DNA from: a bacterium | GTDB taxonomy: Bacteria; SAR324; NAC60-12 | Direction: 5' to 3' | Assembly (NCBI GenBank): GCA_965205865.1 | Contig: CBDBHR010000028.1 | Span: 480,001 to 544,000 of the forward strand | DNA length: 64,000 nucleotides | In this document: in pieces, positions 20,567 through 30,034 of the stretch | How positions within the stretch are numbered: the first letter of the stretch is position 1 | Layout of the letters: every line of letters starts with the position of its first letter | Program-made: the position numbers and the translations under genes | The notes under the pieces: model-generated | Told to the model about the DNA's origin: nothing | Databases searched by the model: none | What the model saw: only the letters and a program-made list of their open reading frames with translations

Positions 20567-22444
20567 TCATGCGTAATATAACCTCTGAAGAGCATCTTCG
20601 AGGATCTCGTAACCATTTTGAGTGAGAATGGATTCTGCATGAAATTGAATACCAATGAACTGTTCGGATCTCAACGCATGAATTTCCTTATTTTCCACAT
20701 CGTATGAGATTTCCAATCCTGGAATGGGTCTCTCATATTTTCCAGCAAAAGTATTATAAAATCCTACCTGCTGCAGTTGACCAAATAAATCAATCTTTTC
20801 CTGAGTGCCTTGAAAAGGAGTCTGTTTTTTAACCACTTCAAAGCCTAAAACTTTGCAAAGGATTTGATGTCCCAAACAAACGGACATGAATTTTCTCTTT
20901 GAAGCAAGTAGCTGTTGAGTCAGTTCAAAATTGATCTTCATTTTCGGAAGGTCCAATTCATTGGGATTACCAGGTCCAGGTCCCACAATGACAAGGTCTG
21001 CATCGTCTGCTTCCACGTTGTATTCAGAAAATCGCACCACGCGTGCTGTCGCTCCCATTCGATTGATCATATGCCGCATCATCAGACAGAAATCATCCTC
21101 ATTGTCGGTGATGGTAATTTTATAGTTTGAAAAAATTTTCAGATCAGAAGCATCGGTCTGGTCAAAAAACCAGAATTTGGAAAGAAATTGATTGCGTCGC
21201 TGCATGACAATCTGAATTTCATCATCTCCCGCGAAATAAGGCAAAAAGGCTACCGGCGTTTGAGAAGGTGGATTCTCGATGTTTTCCAGCATTGCCCCGA
21301 TTTTAGCTGCTGTTTCTTTGACCTCTTCCGATGGCACAGAGTCTCTGACCAGAGTCGCTCCGACTTGCAAAACCAATGCGCCTCCCATGTCGATTTCAAC
21401 AGTCCTGATCGTGATGGGGCTGTCGAGAGTATCATCGCCATCCTCATCACGACCAATCAATGCCAAGGCGCTTGCATAATAGCTCCGGGATTCATTTTCA
21501 TGTTTATGGATGATTTTACAGGCGTTTTCCAGGGGACTACCAGTGACTGTAGCCGCATACATGGAGTCCTTGAGCAATTCGATGATATCAAGATTGCTTT
21601 TGCCGACCAACAGATATTCTGTATGAATCAGCTTGGACATTTCTTTTAAGATAGGTCCTACGACCATGCCCCCTTCTTCACAAAAACGAGCCATCATTTT
21701 CAGTTCTTCGTCCACCACCATGAACAATTCATTGATTTCTTTTTGATCGTTTAAAAATCGAAGAAGGTCTGCTTTGAATACCGTGCGGCTGATTTTCTCT
21801 TTCTTTTTTCGGAACGTCCCACTGATGGGGTTCATTTTGACCTGTTTTTTAAAAACGGAGATATGCCGCTCGGGAGTGGCACCAATGAAGTATTGTTCGC
21901 CATTGAAAAAAATAAATTTCCAATAACTTCCCATCTCGTTTTGAAGCAGATTCTTATAAAGGCTCAACGCTTTCGTCAGATGCATGTCAATGATTTGAGC
22001 TTTTCCTTTTCGCGGAATGACAAAATTCGCCCCTTCTCCATTGCCGATCTCATCTTCTACAATGGTCCTGATGATCTTTTCATACTCTGCAGATGAATAA
22101 TTATACCGAACCCCTTTTTTCAGAGAAATTGCTTCACTGGGAAGGATATTGATTAAATCTTCCAGAGCAATTCGGGTTTGAGTATGAATTTGGATACATA
22201 AAATTTTTTCTCCCGCATCGTGGACCTGATATTGTCGTTCTCTCAATTGACAAAACGGGATCAGGCTGATGGTATCATAAACCTCTCCCTGAGGAACTTC
22301 CCCGGTTTTTCTTGGGATTTCGGAAAGCCACTCCAGAGAAATTGCCTCTCCCTCGAGAATCAAGGCTTCTTCCTCGATTTGCTTTTTGATAATGGCAAAA
22401 GGCTTTTCGAAGTTAAATTTGGTCAATTGGTATAAATGGCTCAT
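20567..22444 (-). CDS. phzE: PhzE-type fused chorismate aminase/GATase (ADIC or anthranilate synthase)
   Basis: MNPISGTFR, ELFMVVDEELKMM, HTEY, TVTGSPLENAC; GATase GPGPG, CLGHQ, QFHAES. Confidence 0.8.
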   Translation of the reverse strand: MSHLYQLTKFNFEKPFAIIKKQIEEEALILEGEAISLEWLSEIPRKTGEVPQGEVYDTISLIPFCQLRERQYQVHDAGEKILCIQIHTQTRIALEDLINILPSEAISLKKGVRYNYSSAEYEKIIRTIVEDEIGNGEGANFVIPRKGKAQIIDMHLTKALSLYKNLLQNEMGSYWKFIFFNGEQYFIGATPERHISVFKKQVKMNPISGTFRKKKEKISRTVFKADLLRFLNDQKEINELFMVVDEELKMMARFCEEGGMVVGPILKEMSKLIHTEYLLVGKSNLDIIELLKDSMYAATVTGSPLENACKIIHKHENESRSYYASALALIGRDEDGDDTLDSPITIRTVEIDMGGALVLQVGATLVRDSVPSEEVKETAAKIGAMLENIENPPSQTPVAFLPYFAGDDEIQIVMQRRNQFLSKFWFFDQTDASDLKIFSNYKITITDNEDDFCLMMRHMINRMGATARVVRFSEYNVEADDADLVIVGPGPGNPNELDLPKMKINFELTQQLLASKRKFMSVCLGHQILCKVLGFEVVKKQTPFQGTQEKIDLFGQLQQVGFYNTFAGKYERPIPGLEISYDVENKEIHALRSEQFIGIQFHAESILTQNGYEILEDALQRLYYA

Positions 22445-22472
22445 GGAGTCCGATTTTAAAATGCTTGTCGAT

Positions 22473-23690
22473 TTATTGCTGACTGGTCAAATCCAAAGAA
22501 GATTTTAAAAATTCTTTGCGTGCAATCAAAAGGAAGACGCGTCCGGAATGCTGCATATGCCCTGCCGTCAATTCTGCAATTTGACCATGTCCCCAAAAAA
22601 TATCCCCACGACCGTGCCCCCGAATGGCACCTCCGGTATCCTGCGTCAGCATGAATCGTGTGAAAGGCTTCAAACCAATTATTTCGTCATTCTCGAAAAG
22701 GGGAATCTGGGTTGTCACATAGACCAGACCTCCACGTGGAATAAGTTTGCGGTCCATGGCGATAGAGCGTCCCGCAGTCAAGGGAACTTCCATATACCCC
22801 AACGGTCCTTCTTCCACTTCCCGAAAAAACGTGTAACTCGGATTGTAATTCAAAATCCTCCGCACTTCCTGAGGATTATCATACAGGTAATCCTTCAAAG
22901 CCTGCATTGACATTTTCTCGCGAGGAATTTTATCTTCCTGGATTAAAAGTCTGCCAATGGCTCGATACGGATGCCCGTTTTGAGCCGCATAATTGACCCT
23001 TTTAAGATGGCCATCAGGGAGTTGAACCAGACCGGAACCTTGAATTTGCAGAAAAAACAATTCGATGTCATTCTCAACATAAACAAGCGGATCAACTCTT
23101 TCTTGCAAAGAATGTTGATAGACAATCTGTTCACGAGAATCATAGGGGATAAATTGGTGACCTTTGATTTTTCCGAAGATGCGCCGACCTTCCCATTTCT
23201 CACTGAAATCTCCTAAATCCGCGCTGAAGAGATCCGCAGGAGTCGCATAAAGAGGAGTGGGGAATTCATCATTTGGATTCAAACGACCGGACAGAATCGG
23301 CTCGTAATATCCTGTAAAAAACGCAGAATTGTTCGAATTTTTACTTTCAAAAAACAAAAACTTCTTTTGTATTTCCGCAATACGTTGCTCCTCTTGATAT
23401 GTCTGAATGATTTCCAAAAATAAATTGAGAGAGGCTTCCATTTCCCGAGGAGAGTAACGGGTATCCATATAGTGGAATTCAGAGAACTCCGGGATACTTC
23501 GGTAGTAGCGAATAGACTGCTGGATTGCCTGAGACAAACTCTCTACATCCAAATCGTCTTCCCAACTAAAAGCTTGAACCTCGTCTTTCGAAAGAAGCTG
23601 CAGTTCCGGTTCAGGAACGGTTTTACAACTGATCACCGTCAGTATCAGGATAAAAAAAACGATTGTAAAAAAGAAGGAATATTTTTGCAT
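22473..23690 (-). CDS. mltA: Membrane-bound lytic murein transglycosylase A
   Basis: Lipobox VISC, FTGYYEP, FFLQIQGSG, QDTGGAIRG, DIFWG. Confidence 0.95.
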   Translation of the reverse strand: MQKYSFFFTIVFFILILTVISCKTVPEPELQLLSKDEVQAFSWEDDLDVESLSQAIQQSIRYYRSIPEFSEFHYMDTRYSPREMEASLNLFLEIIQTYQEEQRIAEIQKKFLFFESKNSNNSAFFTGYYEPILSGRLNPNDEFPTPLYATPADLFSADLGDFSEKWEGRRIFGKIKGHQFIPYDSREQIVYQHSLQERVDPLVYVENDIELFFLQIQGSGLVQLPDGHLKRVNYAAQNGHPYRAIGRLLIQEDKIPREKMSMQALKDYLYDNPQEVRRILNYNPSYTFFREVEEGPLGYMEVPLTAGRSIAMDRKLIPRGGLVYVTTQIPLFENDEIIGLKPFTRFMLTQDTGGAIRGHGRGDIFWGHGQIAELTAGHMQHSGRVFLLIARKEFLKSSLDLTSQQ

Positions 23691-23995
23691 TACGGCTCCG
23701 TTTTCATGTGAAGAGAATAGAAGACATCGGTTTTGAAAGCCATGCCGGGAATTTCAATTTTTAAGGAAATGCAAGTTTTGCTCCAAGCCGTCCGGAGCTG
23801 TATGCGCATACTCCTGCTGTCAAATTTCCAAAGTCCTGAATTTTTCCTTTATATTCATATTTTTATATGCTAAATTTGTGCAGTTTTGATTCTCCTACAT
23901 TGAATGAAAACTACAAGCCGAGTTCTTTGCCTCGGAGTCTTTTACGTATTCCTGAGGTTCTTACTTTTCCATTTTTATATGAAAGGAACATTGCA

Positions 23996-24526
23996 ATGCA
24001 AATGAAACAGATTTACGGAATCGCGGGTGGCTTGCTAATGGCCGGCTCCGCGTTCGCTGGCGGTAACGCCTTTGAAATCACTGTGACAAATGACATGTCC
24101 GAAGAGTTGCTCGCCCCTATTGTCGTTACAAGCGCAAGAAATGACGATCATTTCTTCGATGGTGAATATGTCACCAAGGCGGCCGAGCATCAAATTCTCA
24201 CGGGTGATCCGGCTATGGTGCTCGAATCGATCGGAGATGGCGGTGCTGCGGTCGGCCATGGGTCCGATGGACCTCCGGGAGTGCTGCTTGCGCCCGGCAA
24301 ATCCGTTTCTTTCACATTCGAGTCCGAAGCCACTGCCCTGCGCATACTCGCGATGGTCGCACCCACCGCCGTCCCGGACAATTATGTCTCTGCGGTCGCG
24401 GATGCGCATGTTTCCGGTTCCGTGACTGTTTATCTTGTCCGGTTTGATATCGGCCATGATGAAGGGACGATGAAAAACAGTATGGTTGGCGAGAACGCCG
24501 GAACAGTAACGATTACTCGAAAGTAA
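23996..24526 (+). CDS. Secreted spondin_N-like domain protein
   Basis: Signal peptide (AGSAFA), FEITVTN..LAPIVV, LAPGKSVSFTF, AMVAPT..DNYV; GAAAGGA RBS. Confidence 0.55.
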   Translation: MQMKQIYGIAGGLLMAGSAFAGGNAFEITVTNDMSEELLAPIVVTSARNDDHFFDGEYVTKAAEHQILTGDPAMVLESIGDGGAAVGHGSDGPPGVLLAPGKSVSFTFESEATALRILAMVAPTAVPDNYVSAVADAHVSGSVTVYLVRFDIGHDEGTMKNSMVGENAGTVTITRK

Positions 24527-24646
24527 TCAAAATTCCGAGGGGCTGTGGTAGATCCGGGAAGGTCTTCGCTTTAACGTGAGTTCTGGAAAAAAAGTCCTCA
24601 ATTTTATGACTGTGGCTTTTGACGAAGCGATATAAAGAGAAACAAA

Positions 24647-25468
24647 ATGAAACTCAAAGACAAAGTCGTGATTGTAGCCGGGGCTGGCCCGGGGATTGGG
24701 GAAGCCACCGCCAAAATCGCCGCTGAAGAAGGAGCTGATATCGTTGTGGTGGACATCAATGAAACCGAAGCGAAACGCATCGCGGATGATGTGGAAAATA
24801 CCGGTCGTCAAGTGATTGCCATCCAGGCAGATTTGATGGAGGAGGCAGAGTGCCAACGTGTCGTCCGGACCACACTGGACTCCTTCGGAAAGATTGATGG
24901 CTTGGCTAATATTGCGGGAGGGATCGGCAGCATCTGGCTAACGAAAAAGAGCGATGCGTTCCTGGACCTGACCCGCGCCGAGTGGGATCAAGTATTCAAT
25001 CTCAACCTAATGACGTGCTTCTTCATGTGCCAGGCCATTGCCCCTTATTTCATGGAACAAAAATCCGGCAAGATTGTCAACACCTCTTCCATCGCCGCCG
25101 TCAGATATTCGGAGGAATGGATGGCATATGGCTGTTCGAAAGCGGCAGTTTTGCATTTCTCCAAGAGCCTGGCAGTGACGCTGGCTCCTTACAACATCAA
25201 TGTCAACACGCTCCACCCGGGTATCGTTCATACCCCGGGTTTCCATGATAAAACCACAGCGAGCAGGAAAGACCGCCACCCGGAACGGTTTGAAGGATTT
25301 GAGGGAACCGAAGGTGAGTGGTTGGAAAATCATGTAAAATCCATGACCCCGCTGAGACGATCACAGACCCCCGAAGACATGGGCCATATGGTGGCCTTTC
25401 TCCTTTCGGAGGAAGCCAAAAACATCACCGGCCATGCCCACTATGTCGACGGGGGATCCTGTATGTAG
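24647..25468 (+). CDS. Short-chain dehydrogenase/reductase (SDR)
   Basis: AGAGPGIG, NIAGG, YGCSK, NVNTLHPG, VDGG. Confidence 0.93.
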   Translation: MKLKDKVVIVAGAGPGIGEATAKIAAEEGADIVVVDINETEAKRIADDVENTGRQVIAIQADLMEEAECQRVVRTTLDSFGKIDGLANIAGGIGSIWLTKKSDAFLDLTRAEWDQVFNLNLMTCFFMCQAIAPYFMEQKSGKIVNTSSIAAVRYSEEWMAYGCSKAAVLHFSKSLAVTLAPYNINVNTLHPGIVHTPGFHDKTTASRKDRHPERFEGFEGTEGEWLENHVKSMTPLRRSQTPEDMGHMVAFLLSEEAKNITGHAHYVDGGSCM

Positions 25469-25757
25469 TGGGGGGGGGTTGTCGACTTTGTAAAAAAATG
25501 AATGGGAGACTGCTGCGGGGGTTCCCAAGCTTCTTGCGCCCATATCATGAAACCACGTCCAATCTTCGCTTTTGCGTGATCTTCAATGGGGCAAGCGCAA
25601 TGGGGATTTGTTGGGACTATCCTACTTCTCTTTTTGTTGCTTTTCCATGTATCTCCGGACCTCTTCAAGAGAAAACCTTAACGCTCCACTTCGTTTCCGA
25701 ATAGAAAATTGAAAGTTGAGCAAGTTGCATAATGAAAACCTTGGAATCAGTAGAACC

Positions 25758-26700
25758 CTACTGATGGAACGGGTTGAGCAGCTTGGCCAGGAGGCTCCTT
25801 TTGCGTTTCCCTGTCGCGCCGTAACTGCCCTGGCCCCCTTTTAATCGGGGATCCAGCAAGTCCCTCAGGGCATCTCCAAACATGTTTATACTGAAAACCA
25901 CCACACTGAGGCAAAGCCCGGGCCAGAGAGCCAGCCATGGCGCCAACTCCATGTATTGACGCCCGTAGCTGAGCATACCACCCCAGCTAGCGACATTCGG
26001 GGGAAGCCCAAAACCGAGGAAGCTCAGGGAAGCCTCGGCCATGATCACATCGCCAATGGTCACGGTGAAGATGATGATCATGGGCGCCATGATGTTGGCA
26101 TTGCAGCACATGCCGGAAGAGGATTCGGCGCGTGGGGGTGCCCACGGCCCTGGCTGCCAGAAAATAGTCATTCTCTTTGATTCCGATCACGGCACTTCGC
26201 GCGATTCTCGAGCCGCTGATGCCACCGGAAATCCCCAGGACGAGGATGATCTGCAGCTGGCCCTGACCGACCAGCGACATCACCGTAATCAGAATGAGCA
26301 GCCCCGGGAAGGCCATCCAGGCGTCGACAAACCGCTGCACCACCATATCGAACTTGCCGCCGAAGAACCCGGTAGTCGCGCCGATCAGCAGCGCTACCAC
26401 CAGGTTGACGCTGGTTGCGGACAGGCCGATGATGACCGAAACGCGCGCCCCGTAGAGGATTCGGCTCAGCAGGTCTCGCCCCAGCTGATCGGTACCCAGC
26501 AGGTATTTCCCCGACGGCGCGCTCAGCCGGTCTATCATGTGGGGCTCACTCATCGGGAAGGGCGCCAGGACGTCGGCGAAGATGCCGCTGAAGAGCAGCA
26601 GCAGCACGATGATGCCGCCAAAGGTGCCCAGCGGCTTCTCCCTGACAAGCTTCGAGAGGAAGTCAAGGAGTCGGGAGCGTCGTTTTTGCTCCTCACTCAT
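25758..26700 (-). pseudogene. ABC peptide transporter permease (DppC-like), frameshifted near 26100
   Basis: LLGTDQLGRDLLSR in one frame, EASLSFLGFG...GDALRDLLDPR in another; 4 extra nt in the HVLPN motif. Confidence 0.88.
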
Positions 26701-27649
26701 AGCGCACCCTGGGGTCCAGGTAAGCGTAGGTGAGGTCAATGCCTAGATTGATCAATATCACGGCAGTGGCCAACATCAGGTTAATGGCAGAGACCAGGTG
26801 ATACTCCCGCATGCTAAGGGCGCTCAGCAGAAGACGGCCTATGCCGGGCAGGACAAAGATCTGCTCGATGATGACCGAACCACCGATGAGGAGGGGCAGC
26901 TGATAGCCGACGATGGTGACTACCGGGATGAGGGCATTCTTCAAGGCATGCCGCATCACGACGATCTTCTCCTTCAACCCCTTCGACCAGGCGGTCCTGA
27001 TGTAGTCTTGCCGCAGGACCTCCAGCGCCATGGTGCGCGTCATGCGCATCGTGGTTCCCGAAAGGACCGTTCCCAGGAGCGCGGCCGGGAGGAGAAACAT
27101 CCCCAGATTGCCCAGCGGGTCCTCAGCGAAGTTGATCAGTTCCATCGGCGGTGACCATCCCCACCAGATCGCGGGGAAGACCATCACGATCGTTGCCGTC
27201 CAGAAGCTCGGGACTGAGATGAAGATGATGGCGAGGCTGCGCCCCCCGTAGTCGGCGATGGCATCCTGCCGAATGGCCGAGTAGATGCCTATCGGCAACG
27301 AGATCAGCAGTCCGATAATAACGGCAAACACCCCAAGCTCGAGCGTCACCGGAAGCCTGGGAAGTATCTGCTCGACAACAGGCTCGTCTCCTCTGAGCAT
27401 CGTGCCCGGGTTTCCCTGAAGTATCTCGCCAATCCAGCGACCATACTGCGCGTGTATCGGCACATCCAGACCGAGGCGCCTCTCAATGGCCGCCCGGTCC
27501 AGGGAAACGCTTGCCCAAGGCCCCATTTCACTGGCCATCACGTCGATGATGTCACCGGGAATCAGGCGAATGAGCAGGAAGACCACGACAGTCACAATGA
27601 AGAGGGTCGGGATCAGCAGCAGCAGTCTTCTGATTATGTAGGTGCGCAT
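26693..27649 (-). CDS. ABC peptide transporter permease (DppB-like)
   Basis: YIIRRLL, LIPGD, QDYIRTAWSKGL, HALKNALIP, YLDPRVR. Confidence 0.93.
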   Translation of the reverse strand: MRTYIIRRLLLLIPTLFIVTVVVFLLIRLIPGDIIDVMASEMGPWASVSLDRAAIERRLGLDVPIHAQYGRWIGEILQGNPGTMLRGDEPVVEQILPRLPVTLELGVFAVIIGLLISLPIGIYSAIRQDAIADYGGRSLAIIFISVPSFWTATIVMVFPAIWWGWSPPMELINFAEDPLGNLGMFLLPAALLGTVLSGTTMRMTRTMALEVLRQDYIRTAWSKGLKEKIVVMRHALKNALIPVVTIVGYQLPLLIGGSVIIEQIFVLPGIGRLLLSALSMREYHLVSAINLMLATAVILINLGIDLTYAYLDPRVRYE

Positions 27650-27690
27650 GTCTCCTCCTCAGTGGTTGTCGGAATCCTGGTCATAGACTT

Positions 27691-27735
27691 GAGGCAAGCG
27701 GCGGGGGGTGCAAGCCCCCCACCACCTGCCCCTCA
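27691..27735 (-). terminator. GC-rich intercistronic stem-loop after the SBP gene
   Basis: GGCGGGGGG-TGCAAG-CCCCCCACC inverted repeat between SBP and dppB. Confidence 0.5.
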
Positions 27736-27761
27736 TGAGCAATGGTTGTCCCCAGCGTGGC

Positions 27762-29555
27762 CTACCTCGTCCCGGTCATCTCCTCCCTGAGGTCTGAGTC
27801 GATCCAGACTCGGGAGAGGTAGAGCAAAAGCGTGTTGCCTCCCATGGTGATTTCACCGTTGTAGCCCACCATCCACGGGTGCCAGAAGATGAAAGTTGGT
27901 CGCCTCGGGGTCCACGTATGAAACTGCTTCTCGATTAAGTAGTTATCGCACTCCTTCACCAGCTCCATCATCTCCTCGCGGCTGCCGGCGCTTTCGGCAG
28001 CTTCAACCATGGCATCATAGACAGGGTCCTGGCTCCCTTGGAGGTTGACCACCCCTTCCGAATGGCCGTGGAGCCTGGCGAAGAGGAGGGGGTTGTAGTC
28101 GATGCCCCTCGCCCCCCAGGTCATGCCTTCGTAAGTATGGGCGTTTATGGAATGTGCAGTCACGACGCTCCACTCGCGGATGTCAAGCTCGACATCAACG
28201 CCAATCTTGGACCACATGTCCTGGCTCAATAGTGCATGGTCCATGTTCGTCCAGTACATGATGCCGGGGGCGGTCATCAGTTTGGTCTTGAATCTGATAC
28301 CATCCGCTCCGCGCGGATATCCAGCCGCATCAAGCAACGCTTCTGCCCTTTCCGGGTCGTAGGCGTAGTTTGCCTTGACCTCTTCGGGCCACTCCTCAAA
28401 TGGGGTGTAGAACCCGAGGCAAGCCGGCCCAACAAGCCCGTGGGGTGTCGTGTCGCCCAGCCCCCCAAACAAGGTGTTGTTGATTGCGTCGTTGTCCAGC
28501 GCCAGCTGCATCGCCGTGCGCACCCGGATGTCATCGAAGGGCGGCTTGCGCACATCCATAGCGTAGTTGTACCCACTTACCATAAAGGTTGTCCATAAGA
28601 GTTCGGGGTTGGTCTTCTGGATGGCCTCCGCCTGGTCGGTGGAAATTTCCGAGACCGGCGGTGCGAGTCGAACGATCTTGCCCGTGCGGAACGCCGACAA
28701 CCTCGTGGAGGCGTCCGGTATTATCAGCACCTTGACCTCGTCGAGGTAGGGCAGGCGGTTCTCCGGGAACTTCTCGTCGTAGCCCCAGTAGTTGGGGTTC
28801 TTGGTCAATGTTATAGCGCTGCCTTTCACCCAGTCAGTCAGCATGTACGGCCCGGAGCCAACCGACATCTTCCAGTCCCGCATGTGGCCATACTGCTTGA
28901 TTACCTCTGGCGGATAAATCCAGGCCCCGATGCTTTGGGCGAAGATCGCGTGAAAAGCATTGAAGTCCAGCCTGGTCAGCTTGAAGACAACCGTGTACTT
29001 GTCGGTCGCCTCTATCGATTCAATTGGCAGGTCGCCGGCGGCGTGCGGGCTCTTCTCCGCGAAACCGCTGCCCGTGCCCGTCATCCGGTGGAAGCTGAAA
29101 ACGATATCCTCGGCAACCAGATCACGCCCGTTCATCGGGGGCTTGTCGTGCCAGTAAACGCCCGGGCGAATGTGGAAGACGAACTCGGTGGGGCTAACCA
29201 CCTCGTGGCTCTCGGCAAGCTGTCCTCTGAGGACGGACAGAGGAGTATACCACGATATAAGATCCCATTCGTCCCTGTCTATTGACCAGTCTACTACACC
29301 CATCCTTTCCAGAAAGAGGTTAACAAGTTGTGACGGGTCAGACCCCCACCAGGTGTCTGTGTGCGGTGGGTCAGAGGTTATAGCTTCAGCGACACTCCCA
29401 CCGTACTGCGGCTTCAATATCATCTGGCCGGTGGCTGGGTCTTTGACCATCTCTTTCTCAGCCGCCACGGTCGAACTGACCCAAAATGCGGCCACCATCA
29501 GGGTGAGGGACAGCAGGATTGCACTGAAGGTTGATTTGCTTTTTTGATTTTCCAT
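27762..29555 (-). CDS. ABC transporter substrate-binding protein, family 5
   Basis: Signal peptide, LAES, GVYWHDKPPMNGR, GSGPY, NPNYW, PPFDDIRVR; RBS GAAAGGA before ATG 29555. Confidence 0.93.
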   Translation of the reverse strand: MENQKSKSTFSAILLSLTLMVAAFWVSSTVAAEKEMVKDPATGQMILKPQYGGSVAEAITSDPPHTDTWWGSDPSQLVNLFLERMGVVDWSIDRDEWDLISWYTPLSVLRGQLAESHEVVSPTEFVFHIRPGVYWHDKPPMNGRDLVAEDIVFSFHRMTGTGSGFAEKSPHAAGDLPIESIEATDKYTVVFKLTRLDFNAFHAIFAQSIGAWIYPPEVIKQYGHMRDWKMSVGSGPYMLTDWVKGSAITLTKNPNYWGYDEKFPENRLPYLDEVKVLIIPDASTRLSAFRTGKIVRLAPPVSEISTDQAEAIQKTNPELLWTTFMVSGYNYAMDVRKPPFDDIRVRTAMQLALDNDAINNTLFGGLGDTTPHGLVGPACLGFYTPFEEWPEEVKANYAYDPERAEALLDAAGYPRGADGIRFKTKLMTAPGIMYWTNMDHALLSQDMWSKIGVDVELDIREWSVVTAHSINAHTYEGMTWGARGIDYNPLLFARLHGHSEGVVNLQGSQDPVYDAMVEAAESAGSREEMMELVKECDNYLIEKQFHTWTPRRPTFIFWHPWMVGYNGEITMGGNTLLLYLSRVWIDSDLREEMTGTR

Positions 29556-29597
29556 CTTTTTCCTTTCGAATGGATGTTCATAATTAAGGATGAATTT

Positions 29598-29643
29598 AAA
29601 ACACGCTTTGATTCCCGAAAGCACGTTGTCGACGATTGCTCTA
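29598..29643 (-). promoter_or_regulatory. Conserved ~46-nt leader hairpin motif, copy 1
   Basis: TAGAG.AATCGTCGA.AACGTGCTTTCGGGAATCAAAGCGTGTTTT; homologues at 63307 and 63418. Confidence 0.6.
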
Positions 29644-29940
29644 CACATTGGGTCTCCTTCATTTTGGAGTGATCAAAAAACCGATTCATTGGCTCCAGGA
29701 TTGGGCAATGAACCATAACCTTTCAATTCTCTTGAGGAATTTCCATTTGCTGAAATGAACTTTGGTGTACTTTAAGGATCTCTCCCCTTCGGACTGGGCG
29801 CCGCTTCCGGTACGCCGATGCGCCGTATGCGGACCACCGTGCGCGCATCGAGGCGTACCGACGGTCCCGTCGAGATGACACCAGGGGGTAGAACTTTTGA
29901 TTGGGGACTTGTGATTGGGGACTTGTGACTTGTTGAACTT

Positions 29941-29996
29941 GGAACTGGGAACTGGGAACTGGGAACTGGGAACTGGGAACTGGGAACTGGGAACTG
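29941..29996. repeat. Heptamer tandem repeat (GGAACTG)8
   Basis: Read directly; degenerate units flank it on the left. Confidence 0.95.
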
Positions 29997-30004
29997 GGTG
30001 TTTG

Positions 30005-30034
30005 AGCTTACTCTCATATTCACCTTATTGTCAA
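30005..30034 (-). promoter_or_regulatory. Putative sigma70 promoter for the SBP cassette
   Basis: TTGACA-N18-TAAGCT on minus strand; conserved at 63783-63812. Confidence 0.55.

Noticed and set aside
29555-29648. N-terminal extension of the SBP ORF to 29648
   Set aside because: The RBS and signal peptide point to ATG 29555; the shared IVxNVLSGIKA peptide is better explained by the conserved nucleotide hairpin.
29791-29868. Integron attC site
   Set aside because: No RYYYAAC/GTTRRRY ends and no integrase nearby.
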